A stretch of 64,000 bases of DNA from Octopus bimaculoides (lineage: Eukaryota): positions 12,209,786-12,273,785 of the forward strand of contig NC_069007.1 in assembly GCF_001194135.2 (NCBI RefSeq), written 5' to 3'. How positions within the stretch are numbered: the first letter of the stretch is position 1; every line of letters starts with the position of its first letter. This document shows, in pieces, positions 49,471-61,725 of this stretch. The position numbers were made by a program, and so were the translations under genes. The notes below the pieces were generated by a model. That model did not search any database and was not told where the DNA came from. It saw only the letters and a program-made list of their open reading frames with translations.

Positions 49471-50192
49471 TCAGAGAGAGAGAGAGAAACAGAGAGAGAT
49501 GCAATGTATATACACTCATACACAAACGTTTAACCAAGATGCTACATAAAACAGACTATGAAACCTAGTGCAACCCCTGGTCTTATCAGCTCCTGTCAAA
49601 CCAGCCAATCCATGCCAGCATGGACAACAGACATTAAATGTTGATAATGATGATTATATCTGTATGTATATATATTTATATACATACATATTCACACACA
49701 TGTATACATAGAAATGCAGACATATTTTGTATGTATGCGAACATGCACACTAACGCACACTGACACGCAACTGCCAGCACCACCAACACCACTGCTGTCT
49801 GAATTGATCCATAGTAAAGAACTGAGTGATTACATAACACCACCAGACATCCACCACTCTTACTACTACCGCCCATACTAGAATCTTAACTAATCCTTAA
49901 TTAAGAGCTAAGTGAGGAACTATGTAACACACATCAGTGGATGAATGCAGTCAAGTGTGAATCATCTTACGGTCTAGTGGACTGTCTTGGCGGAGGTGGT
50001 GAGGAGGATGTGTCTGGATGGTGTACATGGTCTGTATGATTGGATGATAGTGGTGGTGGTGGTGGTGGGTTATAGAATGGATAATTATGGTCATGGTGGA
50101 ATTTAAATATATATGCACGTGTATGCGTAAAGATATATATATATACACACACACAGACACGTAAATATATATACATACATATATATATATAT

Positions 50193-50253
<61 letters not shown>

Positions 50254-51180
50254 CAGAGAGAGAGGTGCAGTCGGTGCAGGCATGGCTGTGTGGTTATGAA
50301 GCTAATCTGGCAACCATGTGGTTTGGGGTTCAGTCCCACTGCACAGCACCTTGAACAAGTGTTTTTTGTTATATCTCCAAGGTGACCAATGCCTTCTGAG
50401 TGAATTTGATATGTATATATAAATCAAATCAAAATCGCTGACATGGCCGATGACAGTACTGCCTGATTGGCACTCGTGCCAGTGGAATGTTAAAAGCACA
50501 TCCAAGCAAGATCGTTGCCAGACTTTGTGAGCACCCTGTATAAATAAGACCTAAATGGAATGATTTGTGAAACTAAAAGACTTATATTCCATTGTCTTTC
50601 CGAAACCCATGTAACATGTTCCTTGTCGTAGTTGTAAAAACCATTAACTCCCGACCCATGCCAGTCACTACCTTCAGCAGGTGATAGAAATACTTAGACA
50701 GAGGAAGTTAGAGATTTTATATAAACTGCTGTGCCACAAAATGTTACCAGAATTTATAACAATCAGGAGGTGAGAGAACATTAATTTCCAAACTAACCTC
50801 GGAATGTGTAAAATTTTATAGTAAAACATTATGAAGTGTAGGAAATTTGGCAATAAAATTGGATAAGTGGCATTTATTGCAATACCAAGATAAATACTTT
50901 TGGAATGTAATGAGCTTCTTGGTGTTTTTTTCTTTTCCTTTTGGAATTAACAGCATTTTGACTGTCTGGTTAAATCGCTTGGTTCCTGTTTGTGGCCTTG
51001 TTATGCTTGCTGGGTCAGTAATTATCTCTAACAAGCCATTCTATCACCTGTTGAGGACAACTTCACAACGAACCATGGGTTTATGCTTTTACTGGCACTA
51101 AACATATAGTTTCTGTCTAGGGATGATATATATATATATATATATATACATATATATATGTATGTATATAAATGTGTATG

Positions 51181-51222
<42 letters not shown>

Positions 51223-51450
51223 TGTATGCAAATATCGAACAATGAGACTGAGTGCTCAATACCACATTGGTGGATAAAGATTCTTTATTTGTATATTGAG
51301 GCTAACATTGGTTTCATGCTAATGTATAACTTAACAATTTTCTACCCTATTACATTGAACATTGCCAATCAGCTCCATTTTGGATTTAAATCCCAAATGG
51401 TGATAAACTTTGATATTCCTACAAATGGTCACCTTAATATAAAAATAAAG

Positions 51451-51487
<37 letters not shown>

Positions 51488-51494
51488 CATAGTT

Positions 51495-51650
51495 GAAATT
51501 TACAGGAAAACAAAAGACAAAAACAGGTGTATAAACAACAAGCAGGTGTATTAGTTTGATGTTCGGGAAGGTGAGAAAGTCTTTTACATTTTGAGCCTAT
51601 GCTCTTCAACAGAAAGGAACACAAGGAAATAAACACAGAGAGAAAAAAAA
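51495..51650 (-). mobile_element. Short interspersed element carrying a hammerhead-like motif, copy 2
   Basis: Homologous to 29655-29815. Minus strand 51586-51612 reads CTGTTGA-A-GAGC-ATAG-GCTC-AAAA-TGT. Confidence 0.65.
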
Positions 51651-52518
51651 GACTTGTGGATTTAGCAATCAGTCATATTATATACTATATTACACTGTAC
51701 TTATGTCAGGTACTGGAGTGAGGCCATGCTGGAGCGCTGCCTTATTGGGTTAGTCAGACAAACCAATCTCAGTACTTGTGTCTTTAGTCTGGCACTTAAT
51801 TTGTTGGCCACTTTTAACCAGACTACTATGTTACAGAGTTATAAAAAAAAACCAATATGACTCATCAAGCAGTGAGTGAGGGGATAAACACAGACACAAT
51901 GATGTATACACACACATATTTATGTGTGTGTGTATATATTATATCAATATTTATATGTATGCGTGTATATATATATATATTATATAAGTGTGTGTGTTTA
52001 TATATGTTTGTATGCGTGAATATATGTGTGTGTGTGTGTGTGTATTAGTCTTAATAATTATATATTTCATAGTTTTCCCCAGACGCATGAATCCTGTTTC
52101 TAGTTGTAAAAGTTTTATATATTCAACATCTTCAGCAGGTGTGTGTATGTATGTACACCTGTCTACCTATATATACATATATATATGCATGTACACCTGT
52201 ATGTATGTACACCTGTCTATTTATCTATCTATATATTCACTATCTATCTATACATTAAATTAAACAAATGGGTAAAAAACTGGATATTAATTAATATCAA
52301 TTTAATACCAGGGAACAAGCACATTAAAAGAATCAAGGAGATTCAGAAAAAGTATCTGAGATCTCAAAGGATTATTGAATATGTATCAATAAAAATATAT
52401 ATAAGGGAGGCCACTAGGTGGACTGCTAATGTGCTAGAAGAAGATCACATGTCATGTATCTACTAAGACCGAATAATTCTTAAAGGGAATTTAGAGAAGT
52501 ACTAAAATATATATATAA

Positions 52519-52558
<40 letters not shown>

Positions 52559-52924
52559 NNNNNNNNNNNNNNNNNNNNNNNNNNNNNNNNNNNNNNNNNN
52601 NNNNNNNNNNNNNNNNNNNNNNNNNNNNNNNNNNNNNNNNNNNNNNNNNNNNNNNNNNNNNNNNNNNNNNNNNNNNNNNNNNNNNNNNNNNNNNNNNNNN
52701 NNNNNNNNNNNNNNNNNNNNNNNNNNNNNNNNNNNNNNNNNNNNNNNNNNNNNNNNNNNNNNNNNNNNNNNNNNNNNNNNNNNNNNNNNNNNNNNNNNNN
52801 NNNNNNNNNNNNNNNNNNNNNNNNNNNNNNNNNNNNNNNNNNNNNNNNNNNNNNNNNNNNNNNNNNNNNNNNNNNNNNNNNNNNNNNNNATATATATATA
52901 TATATATATATACAATATAAATAA

Positions 52925-53180
52925 TGTGCCAGTGGCACGTAAAATACACCATTTTGAGCGTGGCCATTGCCAGTACCACCTGACTGGCCTTCGTGCGGGT
53001 GGCACGTAAAAGCACCCATTACACTCTCTGAGTGGTTGGCATTAGGAAGGGCGTCCAACTGTAGAAACTATGCCAAATCAGATTGGATCCTGGTGTAGCC
53101 ATCTGGTTCACCAGTCCTCAGTCAAATTGTCCAACCCATGCTAGCATGGAAAGCGGACGTTAAACGATGATGATGATGAT
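52925..53180 (+). mobile_element. RTE LINE 3' UTR with (GAT)n tail, young copy
   Basis: GGCACGTAAAAGCACCCATTACACTCTCTGAGTGGTTGGCATTAGGAAGGGCG...CCAACCCATGCTAGCATGGAAAGCGGACGTTAAACGATGATGATGAT. Confidence 0.88.
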
Positions 53181-53193
53181 TATTATATACATA

Positions 53194-53254
<61 letters not shown>

Positions 53255-53258
<4 letters not shown>

Positions 53259-53470
53259 GCCTCACCGAGGCAATGACTAGTGACCAAGACCTTTGGAGAT
53301 ATGCTCTGCTTGAGAAGACCCAACGAGCCAAGTGAGACCATAACCATGGCCTATGCCAGTGGTATATAACCAGCCCACTTATGAGTACCCTTCATTCATT
53401 GGACAATAAGCTTTGCTTGTGAAGACTGTTGAGGCAAGTGAAATCAGAATCGCTGACATGGCTGATGACA
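53255..53470 (+). mobile_element. RTE LINE ORF terminus and proximal 3' UTR
   Basis: Reads GLTEAMTSDQDLWRYALLEKTQRAK*. Confidence 0.75.
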
Positions 53471-54096
53471 GTACTGCCTGATTGGAAATCAGCCCAGGGC
53501 TATAATAGAAGACACTTGCACTACTTGCTACACAGTGGGATTGAACCCAAAACCACATGGTTACAAAACAAGCTTTTTAACCACACAGCCAGGCTTTACC
53601 AAAAAAAAAAAAATAAATAGAAAGCAAATAAAAAGCAAAAAAAAAATTTCTCATTCAATTATTTCTACAAAGAATTTATCAATACATCACTTTAGGTACT
53701 GCATTTTTTGGATATTTATTACCAAATTTCCAAAATTTGAACTATTTTATGATGAAGTTTTACATGAAGAATGGTTGTTATTTAAATTAATATTATTTTA
53801 GTTACCGATTCTATACCCTCGTTCCAGTTTGTTGCATAGCAGCAGGTATAAATAAAATCACGTTTCTCTGGCCAATGTTTCTATCAACCACTGAAAACGG
53901 TGATATATAGTGCTATAGTTTTATGCTTTCACAGACATCAGATACATGATTCATGTCTGGGAAAAATAATAGAATATTTATATATACATTTTAATTTTAT
54001 TTTCTACATCTTTGTGGCATGTTCATGTGTCGTTTCATTTAAACCATATCTAAGTTTTATTAAATAGAAATCTGCAAACACATACAAACACACAGA

Positions 54097-54254
54097 AGAG
54101 TGGCTGTGTGGTAAGTAGCTTGCTTACCAACCACATGGTTCCATGTTCGGTTCAACTGCATGGCACCTTGGGCAAGTGTCTTCTACTATAGCCTTGCACC
54201 AACCGAAGCCTTGTGAGTGGATTTGGTAGACGGAAACTGAAAGAAGCTCATCGT
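54097..54254 (+). mobile_element. SINE family B, 5' half
   Basis: GAGTGGCTGTGTGGTAAGTAGC...GGCACCTTGGGCAAGTGTCTTCTACTATAGCC...GGAAACTGAAAGAAGC. Confidence 0.88.
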
Positions 54255-54257
54255 ATA

Positions 54258-54386
54258 TTGAGTTGGTGCATAATTATTGTGGCTTTTTTTCAACAACTTT
54301 TATTCAACAAAAACACTAACAATATTTAGCAAAAGGATCTTTAAATGACGGTCTGACTGTCTGCCAAGCAAATGGGAAGCAGTAAT
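54258..54386 (+). mobile_element. Mariner-derived MITE, left part (runs into a gap)
   Basis: TA then TTGAGTTGGTGCATAATTATTGTGGCTTTTT is a mariner-type TIR. Shortly after, CTG CCA AGC AAA TGG GAA GCA GTA encodes LPSKWEAV, resembling a transposase C-terminus. Confidence 0.7.
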
Positions 54387-55228
54387 NNNNNNNNNNNNNN
54401 NNNNNNNNNNNNNNNNNNNNNNNNNNNNNNNNNNNNNNNNNNNNNNNNNNNNNNNNNNNNNNNNNNNNNNNNNNNNNNNNNNNNNNNNNNNNNNNNNNNN
54501 NNNNNNNNNNNNNNNNNNNNNNNNNNNNNNNNNNNNNNNNNNNNNNNNNNNNNNNNNNNNNNNNNNNNNNNNNNNNNNNNNNNNNNNNNNNNNNNNNNNN
54601 NNNNNNNNNNNNNNNNNNNNNNNNNNNNNNNNNNNNNNNNNNNNNNNNNNNNNNNNNNNNNNNNNNNNNNNNNNNNNNNNNNNNNNNNNNNNNNNNNNNN
54701 NNNNNNNNNNNNNNNNNNNNNNNNNNNNNNNNNNNNNNNNNNNNNNNNNNNNNNNNNNNNNNNNNNNNNNNNNNNNNNNNNNNNNNNNNNNNNNNNNNNN
54801 NNNNNNNNNNNNNNNNNNNNNNNNNNNNNNNNNNNNNNNNNNNNNNNNNNNNNNNNNNNNNNNNNNNNNNNNNNNNNNNNNNNNNNNNNNNNNNNNNNNN
54901 NNNNNNNNNNNNNNNNNNNNNNNNNNNNNNNNNNNNNNNNNNNNNNNNNNNNNNNNNNNNNNNNNNNNNNNNNNNNNNNNNNNNNNNNNNNNNNNNNNNN
55001 NNNNNNNNNNNNNNNNNNNNNNNTGTTTAAAAACTTAATATCCAATATTATTTCTATTCTAGGCACACAACCATGAAAATTGTGGAGGAAGGGGGCTTGT
55101 CAATTACATCGACTCCAGTGCATAACTGGTACTTATTTCATTGACCCTGAAAGGTTGAAAGGCAAAGTTGGCCTCGGCAGAATTTGACACTTAATATCCA
55201 ATATCAGCAACAGAATATGTAACTTTTT

Positions 55229-55700
55229 TCTAAAGATAGTTTTGATAAGGTAGCCCCCTACTACAACAGTACCCTAGCAAACAGTGGCTTTAAAGACAAA
55301 TTATTTTACAACCCCCCATCTAGTAATAATACCAATAATAAAAATTGACCTAGGAGAATAATTTAGTTTTTCCCACTCCTCACTAAATGTTAAAACCAAC
55401 ATTGATAAAAGATTCTTGTTCTTCTTAAATAAACATTTCCCCATAAACCACAAATACAGAAAAATATTTAATAGATGCTCAATTAAATCATCATATACAT
55501 GCTACCCCAATATAAAGAGCATCATTACATGCACACGGTACTAAAAGCCTATTCCCAGTTGTAACTGTTGAAACCCTGGAACTTGTCCACTTTGACAAGG
55601 AATGCATGATTAAATCCATCATATATGAGGCAGAAGTTCCAGCAACACTAGATAATAACATAACCGAAAAGAAGAGTTGCATCAGTTTATATGAAGGCGT
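55229..55700 (+). pseudogene. Penelope-like element RT C-terminus/linker plus GIY-YIG N-terminal half, decayed
   Basis: SFDKVAPYYNSTLANSGFKDKLFY, *PRRII*F, SLNVKTNIDKRFLFFLNKHFPINHKYRKIFNRCSIKSSYTCYPNIKSII, SCNC*NPGTCPL and KECMIKSIIYEAEV...EKKSCISLYEG. Confidence 0.88.
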
Positions 55701-56617
55701 TATGACGGGGGTCTACACGTCTGGTGTAAAATGATGTTACACAAATAAATAGTTGTGGTTATCTAAAAATAATCTTTTGCAGCAATATATGTTAACACAG
55801 AACACATTCTGTACTACTCGAACATAGAGACAATACTCAGTATACACTGTTCAACTGCCGATTGTTAAACCAACACATGTTGAACTAACATGGTAACCCA
55901 ACACAGTTTCCATCTACCAGTGAAATTTGAACTCAGAACGTAAAGACAGACGAAATACCACTAAGCATTTTACCCAGCGTGCTAATGTCTCTGCCAGCTC
56001 ACCATCTTGATATATATATATGCGTACACAATGGGCTTCTTTCAGTTTCCCTCTACCAATTCCACTCTCAAGGTCTTAGTTAGCCCAGGCTGTAGCAAAA
56101 AGCTGTTGCCTAAAGTGCTACAACTGGGACTGAACCACAACTACATGCTCATTTATACTTATACACACAAACCTAGGTGAGTCATTATTTATCAGCAACA
56201 CACTTCAGATTGTGGTTCATTTTTATCATTTTTGGTGGCTAAATTAGTCGTACAAACATCACAAGATGTGATCTCCCCTAATAGTCACTTTGGTGTACAG
56301 TTAGAAAAGACACGCATATACACACGTAGAATACGCATGTAGGTGTGTGTTGGTTATGTGCGACTACTGCACCTAGTACTACTACTGCTGCTGCTGTTAA
56401 TACTACGACTACTACTACTACTACTATAATATGAAATGCTAACACAGAGAAAGTGTGATGGACCTGTTGATATTTACATGATGAAATCAGATGAAGAAAA
56501 ATTGCACACACACATGCACATGCTCACACACATATATGCAAGCATACAGTACAAACACGGATGAATATATACACACATACACACACTGGATAAAGAAAGA
56601 AAAGTCTGTGTGTGTGT

Positions 56618-56740
56618 CCCTGTTTGTACACATGAGTGTGTATGTGTGTGTGTGTGTGTGTCCCTGTTTGTGCACATGACTGTGTGTGTGTACCCCTGTT
56701 TGTACACATGCATGTGTGTGTCTGTTTGTACATATGAGTG
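56618..56740. repeat. Minisatellite with core CCCTGTTTGTACACATG separated by (TG)n, about four copies
   Basis: Direct reading. Confidence 0.8.
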
Positions 56741-57464
56741 TGTATGTATGTATGTGTGTATGCTTGTATGTATGCATGTATGCCTGTATGTATGTGTGCT
56801 TATAATTTTCTATCTTTGCTGTTACTAACATGTGTGTGTGTGTCTGTGTGTTTTATATTTCTACTGCTGGTGGAATCACTATTTATCTTATACGATATTA
56901 ATTTAATAAGCTGTTTTATCTCCACAGTAAATATTCTCCACTTAGATTTTTACTTAGGATTAATAATCTATAATAACTTCGTTACAATATTAATTACTAA
57001 CGCTACAATCATTTTTGGTCAGGAATTTGTCTACGCTTTTGAAAAATTTCCTTGTTAGTGATTTTAAATTTTACCATCAGCGCCAACATGATTCTGGTTT
57101 AAATGGCCTAAACACAAAAACACCCTTTTATCTCATGAACCCTTCAATATTTTTTGGTATACTTTCCTTCGTTATACAACCATTATTTCACACAGAGACC
57201 TGTGTAACTTCAATATGAACTGATTTGAAACCTGATAAGAGGCTCTAACTATGCTGGTATGACAAATGGGCTAACCCACTCTGTCCCTGGGTCCACTTGC
57301 TCAACCCACCCTTTTATCACTTCCCCCCCTTATCCTTCACTCTAATCGCAGATGTTACTCAGTTCTTTCCCTTTCCATCCCCCTGTTTCCTCATCTGCTC
57401 CCACTCCAACACTCTTCCCTCTCCCCTTCCATACTCTCACATCAACCCATAAGCATTCAAGTTA

Positions 57465-57669
57465 CTGTCAAATGTAAGGTTTATTTATTCACATTGTTCT
57501 CAATTAATCATAAATTATCTCATAGCTTTGATATTTTGAAGATGTGATCGTTTATTTTTAGAATGACATTGTTGGGTAGGCGCGAGAGGCCAAATCTAGC
57601 CAGTTTTAGAACATAAAACAAGTAAAATTTGGGGGATGGATATGGCTGGTGTAAATGCTAAAGAGTTAA
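57465..57669. mobile_element. Interspersed element with a piggyBac-like end (...AAAGAGTTAA)
   Basis: The reverse complement starts TTAACTCTTTAGCATTTACACCAGCCATATCC. A similar AAAGGGTTAA end occurs at 42460-42469. The second TIR was not identified. Confidence 0.4.
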
Positions 57670-57720
57670 ATCCGTTCCAGCCATCATAGGGGTGTGGGGC
57701 TCTCTTTTGTTTCACAAGCT

Positions 57721-58100
57721 GCAAGGTGACCCCCAACATTGCAGGTGCCACTAAGGGATGTTTTATCTTATTGATGGCAAGGTAACCTCTACAATGCTGG
57801 TGCCACAAAAAGAAAATACTTATTACTGTCTATAAATAGTTAGTAAAAAAATCAAATAACAATAACATGAGGCGTTTGAGAGATGTTTTATTTTACTGAT
57901 GGCAAGGTAACCTCTACGGTGCTGGTGCCACAAAAAAACTTCTCATTACACTCTATAAGTAGTTAGTAAAAAGAATCAAGCAACAGCAGGAGGTATTTGA
58001 GGGATGTTTAATCCTGCTGATGGCAAAGCGACCTCTACAGTGCTGGTGCCACAAAAATAATGCAGCCAGTACATTCTGTAAATTAGGTTGTTAGGAAAGG
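57721..58100 (+). repeat. Tandem trimer (~121-125-bp period) of an RTE 3' UTR-like segment
   Basis: GATGGCAA(G/A)G.(A/G)ACCTCTAC..TGCTGGTGCCACAAAAA starts at 57773, 57898 and 58019, with a partial copy at 57721. Confidence 0.85.
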
Positions 58101-58404
58101 CATTTAACTCTACAATGCCAAAACTGCAGCATTGGTCTTTGACTCAATGGGTTTAGTGAAACTGACCAACCCATAACAATGGACATAGAGTGATAATGAT
58201 AATGATGATGATGATGACGATGATAGTGGTGGTGGAGGGGGTTGCTGTCATCATCAACATTGTTGTGATAATTGTGGTGGTGGTGGTCGTCGTCATCGTC
58301 ATCATTGTCATTGTGCTGGTTGTTGCCATGGTAAGGAGGAGGTCTACATTTTCATGTGATTTTCAGAATTCAACTTTATCAAAACTTTGAAATAGTACTT
58401 GTTT

Positions 58405-58445
<41 letters not shown>

Positions 58446-58837
58446 TGTTTTTGTTGTCATTTTTATGCGTCTTCACCCACCATACTAGCTTCAGTTTGGA
58501 CAAGATTTCTCGAGATAGTATTCTTCATATCAATATCTTCCATATCTTTGCATCATTGAACTGCTGGGCTTCCATATATTTTTCTTTGTGAGCAACATAA
58601 ACACGTTGCTTGGTTGTTTGTTTGTTGGCTGGTCTGGTGGTGGTGGTGGTGGTGGTGGTGACTGGTTGAATTGATGAATGAAAATGTGTTTCTTGGACAT
58701 CATAGAGGAGTAACAGGACTACACCCATGAACATTTAACAGATTTCATTATCACATTTCAGGTCAAACTGCGTTGGTCTTTTACAAATAGCAACAGAAAT
58801 AATTACATACTGAGAAAGATAAACTGCTTGGATTTTA

Positions 58838-59057
58838 AAGGCGGTGAGCTGGCAGAATCATTAGCACATCAGGCAAAATGCTTAGCGACATTTCATCTTT
58901 CTTTACATTTAGAGTTCAAATTCCGCTGAGGTCAACTTTACCTTTTATCCTTTTCGGGGTTGATAAATCAAGTACCAGTTGTGTACTGGGGTCGATGTGA
59001 TCGACTTACCGCTTCCCCCAAAATTTCAGGCTTTGTGCCTATGGTAGAAAGGATTAT
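58838..59057 (+). mobile_element. SINE family A (tail variant 2)
   Basis: AAGGCGGTGAGCTGGCAGAATCATTAGC...GAGTTCAAATTCCGCTGAGG...GGTAGAAAGGATTAT. Confidence 0.88.
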
Positions 59058-59390
59058 CGCCAGTACCGCCTGACTGGCTTCCGTAGGATTTTCGAGCGAG
59101 ATCGTTGCCAGTGCCCCTGGACTGGCTTGTGCGGGTGGCACATAAAAGACACCATTTCGAGCGTGGCCGTTGCCAGTATCGCCTGACTGGTCTTCGTGCA
59201 GGTGACACGTAAAAGCACCTACTACACTCTCTGAGTGGTTGGCGTTAGGAAGGGCATCCAGCTGTAGAAACTCTGCCAAATTTAGATTGGAGCCTGGTGT
59301 TGCCATCCGGTTTCACCAGTCCTCAGTCAAGTCGTCCAACCCATGCTAGCATGGAAAGCGGACGTTAAACGATGATGATGATGATGATGA
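59058..59390 (+). mobile_element. RTE LINE 3' UTR with (GAT)n tail, fused directly to the upstream SINE
   Basis: Homologous to 52925-53180, CpG-rich, ending GGACGTTAAACGATGATGATGATGATGATG. Confidence 0.88.
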
Positions 59391-59594
59391 AGGTGCCAAA
59401 ATCCGTTGGTCTTTTACAAATAGCAACAAAAGTATTTACATACTGAGAGAGATAAACTGCTTGGATTTTACAGCAGGCTACTGATACAGAAATATGTGGC
59501 TTGTCTGACTTAACTTAAAACAATGGTGCTATATTTGTGACAAGAAAGGTTCTTGGTCAATTGTCTGGTGTGGCAAGACTGGAGAGACATTCCG

Positions 59595-59830
59595 AAGGTG
59601 GCCAGCTGGCAGAATCATTAGCACACCAGGCAGAATGTTTAGCAGTGTTTCGTCTGGCGTTACGTTCTGAGTTCAAATTCTGCTGAGGTCAACTTTGCTT
59701 TTCATCCTTTCAGGGTCGATAAATTAAGTACCAGTTATGCACTGGGGTCAATGTAATCGACTTAATCTCTTTGTTTATCCTTGTTTGTCCCCTCTATGTT
59801 TAGCCCCTTGTGGGCAATAAAGAAATAAGA
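59595..59830 (+). mobile_element. SINE family A (tail variant 1) with a TSD
   Basis: Full head, core and tail. The direct repeat TGGAGAGACAT lies at 59580-59590 and 59832-59842. Confidence 0.9.
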
Positions 59831-60099
59831 ATGGAGAGACATGTCATCCAGCTGCCTCAGTATTTTGAAATTAATTACCACCAAAAACAGCCTTTTAAAG
59901 GGCACAAGAAGATGATTCTAGAAGATTGAATCATGCAATGACTTGATGAAGATTGGTTGCTTAATAGAACGATCACATGAAATGGTCCTGATGTTTGACC
60001 AGTTGTCCGATGACTTGGTTTTGAATCCCCACTAACACCATGTTACCATCGCCCCCAAGTGGTATCAACTAAAGACATTGGGTGACAAATACACATCAT

Positions 60100-60370
60100 C
60101 ATCATCATCATTTAATGTCCGCTTTATTTGCTAGCATGGATTGCACATTTTGAGAGGAGCCTGCACAAGACTTTAGTGTTTGTCTTGGCAGGGTTTTTAA
60201 AGCTGGATACCCCTCCTAACACCAACCACCCCACAGAGTGGACTGAGTGCTTTTATGTGGCACAAGCACAGGTGGGGGTCAGTTTTGACATGGTTTTTAC
60301 AGCTGGATGCCCTTCCAAATGCCAACCACTTTATAGTGTGGACTGGATGCTTTTTACATGGCATCACACA
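60100..60370 (-). mobile_element. RTE LINE 3' UTR with an internal tandem duplication
   Basis: CATCATCATCATTTAATGTCCGCTTT is the tail. TTTTTA(A/C)AGCTGGAT...CCAACCAC...GTGGACTG.(G/A)TGCTTTT occurs twice, as at 42870. Confidence 0.75.
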
Positions 60371-61021
60371 CTTATAGATTAATAAATCTTTTAACAACAG
60401 AATATTTTGCATTGATATCACATTGTAACAAAGATATATTTTGGTTAGCTTGACAGAACAAGAAGTCTTTGTAAAGTTCTGATAAAATATCTATTATCAT
60501 TACCAAAACAATGTGTTTTTGTTGTGACAAATTTCACCAAGTGAAGCAGCTGAGAAGTTAACATGAGATGTGTGTGTTAGCAGTGACAGAAAACTGTAAT
60601 AGTTGTATTGTGTAACCAAAGTTGAGTGAGATAGGATCATACAGCTGTTCATCTTGGCTGGACTGCAACCACAGGTCAGTTACTTAATGGTCTGACAAAG
60701 AAAAGGCTCTAAAAACAAAATCGTTAATGATATTCCCGTACATTGTTTACAACACTGGGATTCTAATGAGCTAAGCATCTGTTAGCCCAGCTATTTTAAA
60801 AATTAGTTCTTAATGTTTTCACCAGAGATTTCAGTGGTCACTTCTTTGCTGATGTCATCAACTTTTGGCAGAATCCTGTCTGTGTTGTGTAGTTATCTTT
60901 ATCCTTGAACACAGTGATTCAGTTTTGATTCCGAGGCAGTGAGGTGGCATTTAATCTCTACCAATATTTTTGCTGCATGTGTGTGTGTGTGCGTGTATGC
61001 ATGTGTGTGTGTGTAACTATA

Positions 61022-61335
61022 CAGAGGATTCGCACTAAATTTGAGAGTTTGCATAAAAAGACTTTTTAAACATCAAGACTTATCTTATAGATTATGTCTA
61101 CAAGATAACCAGTTTACTGAAAGCAGTTCCCCTTGGTTTCCACCTAGGCCTCAAGATGGCTCCAGAGCCTTGTGCATGCATTCCTCACTGTGTCCCTGGG
61201 AAGATCTTCAAACACCTCTTTGATCTTGGCCACCAGCTTGGTTTGGGGTTTGCAGACAGAGCAGTTGATATCTTTCACAACTGTACCTCACACTTTGTAA
61301 TCAATGAGATTTCAATTGAGGGAATTAGCACACAG
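61022..61335 (-). mobile_element. maT/DD37D-like element, 3' end with one TIR (second copy of the 10932 family)
   Basis: ANSLN*NLIDYKV*GTVVKDINCSVCKPQTKLVAKIKEVFEDLPRDTVRNACTRLWSHLEA*VETKGNCFQ*. TA followed by CAGAGGATTCGCACTAAATT at 61020-61041. Confidence 0.8.
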
Positions 61336-61354
61336 CCACACCTGCACCTATTAC

Positions 61355-61357
61355 CAC

Positions 61358-61391
<34 letters not shown>

Positions 61392-61725
61392 GTTATCATC
61401 ATCATCATCATCATCATCGTTATCATCATCAACATCATCATCATCTTCAGCATCATCATCTTCAGCATCATCATCTTCAGCATCATCATCATTCTCTGTC
61501 ATCATCATCATCGTTATCATCAGCATCATCTTCACTCCCTGTCGTTATCATCATCATCATCATTGTCATCATATTCATCACTGTCATCATCATCATCATC
61601 ATTGCCATTGTCATTATCATCATCATTTTCAGCATCATCATCATCATCATCATCATTGCTATCGTCATTATCATCGTCATTGTCTTCATCGTCATCATCA
61701 TCATCGTCATCACTGTCGTTACATC
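61355..61725. repeat. Degenerate (CAT)n tract
   Basis: Direct reading. It is the source of the poly-H/S/D ORFs. Confidence 0.95.

Noticed and set aside
55491-55682. Minus ORF MQLFFSVMLLSSVAGTSA... resembling a secreted peptide
   Set aside because: It is the antisense shadow of the plus-strand Penelope GIY-YIG relic.
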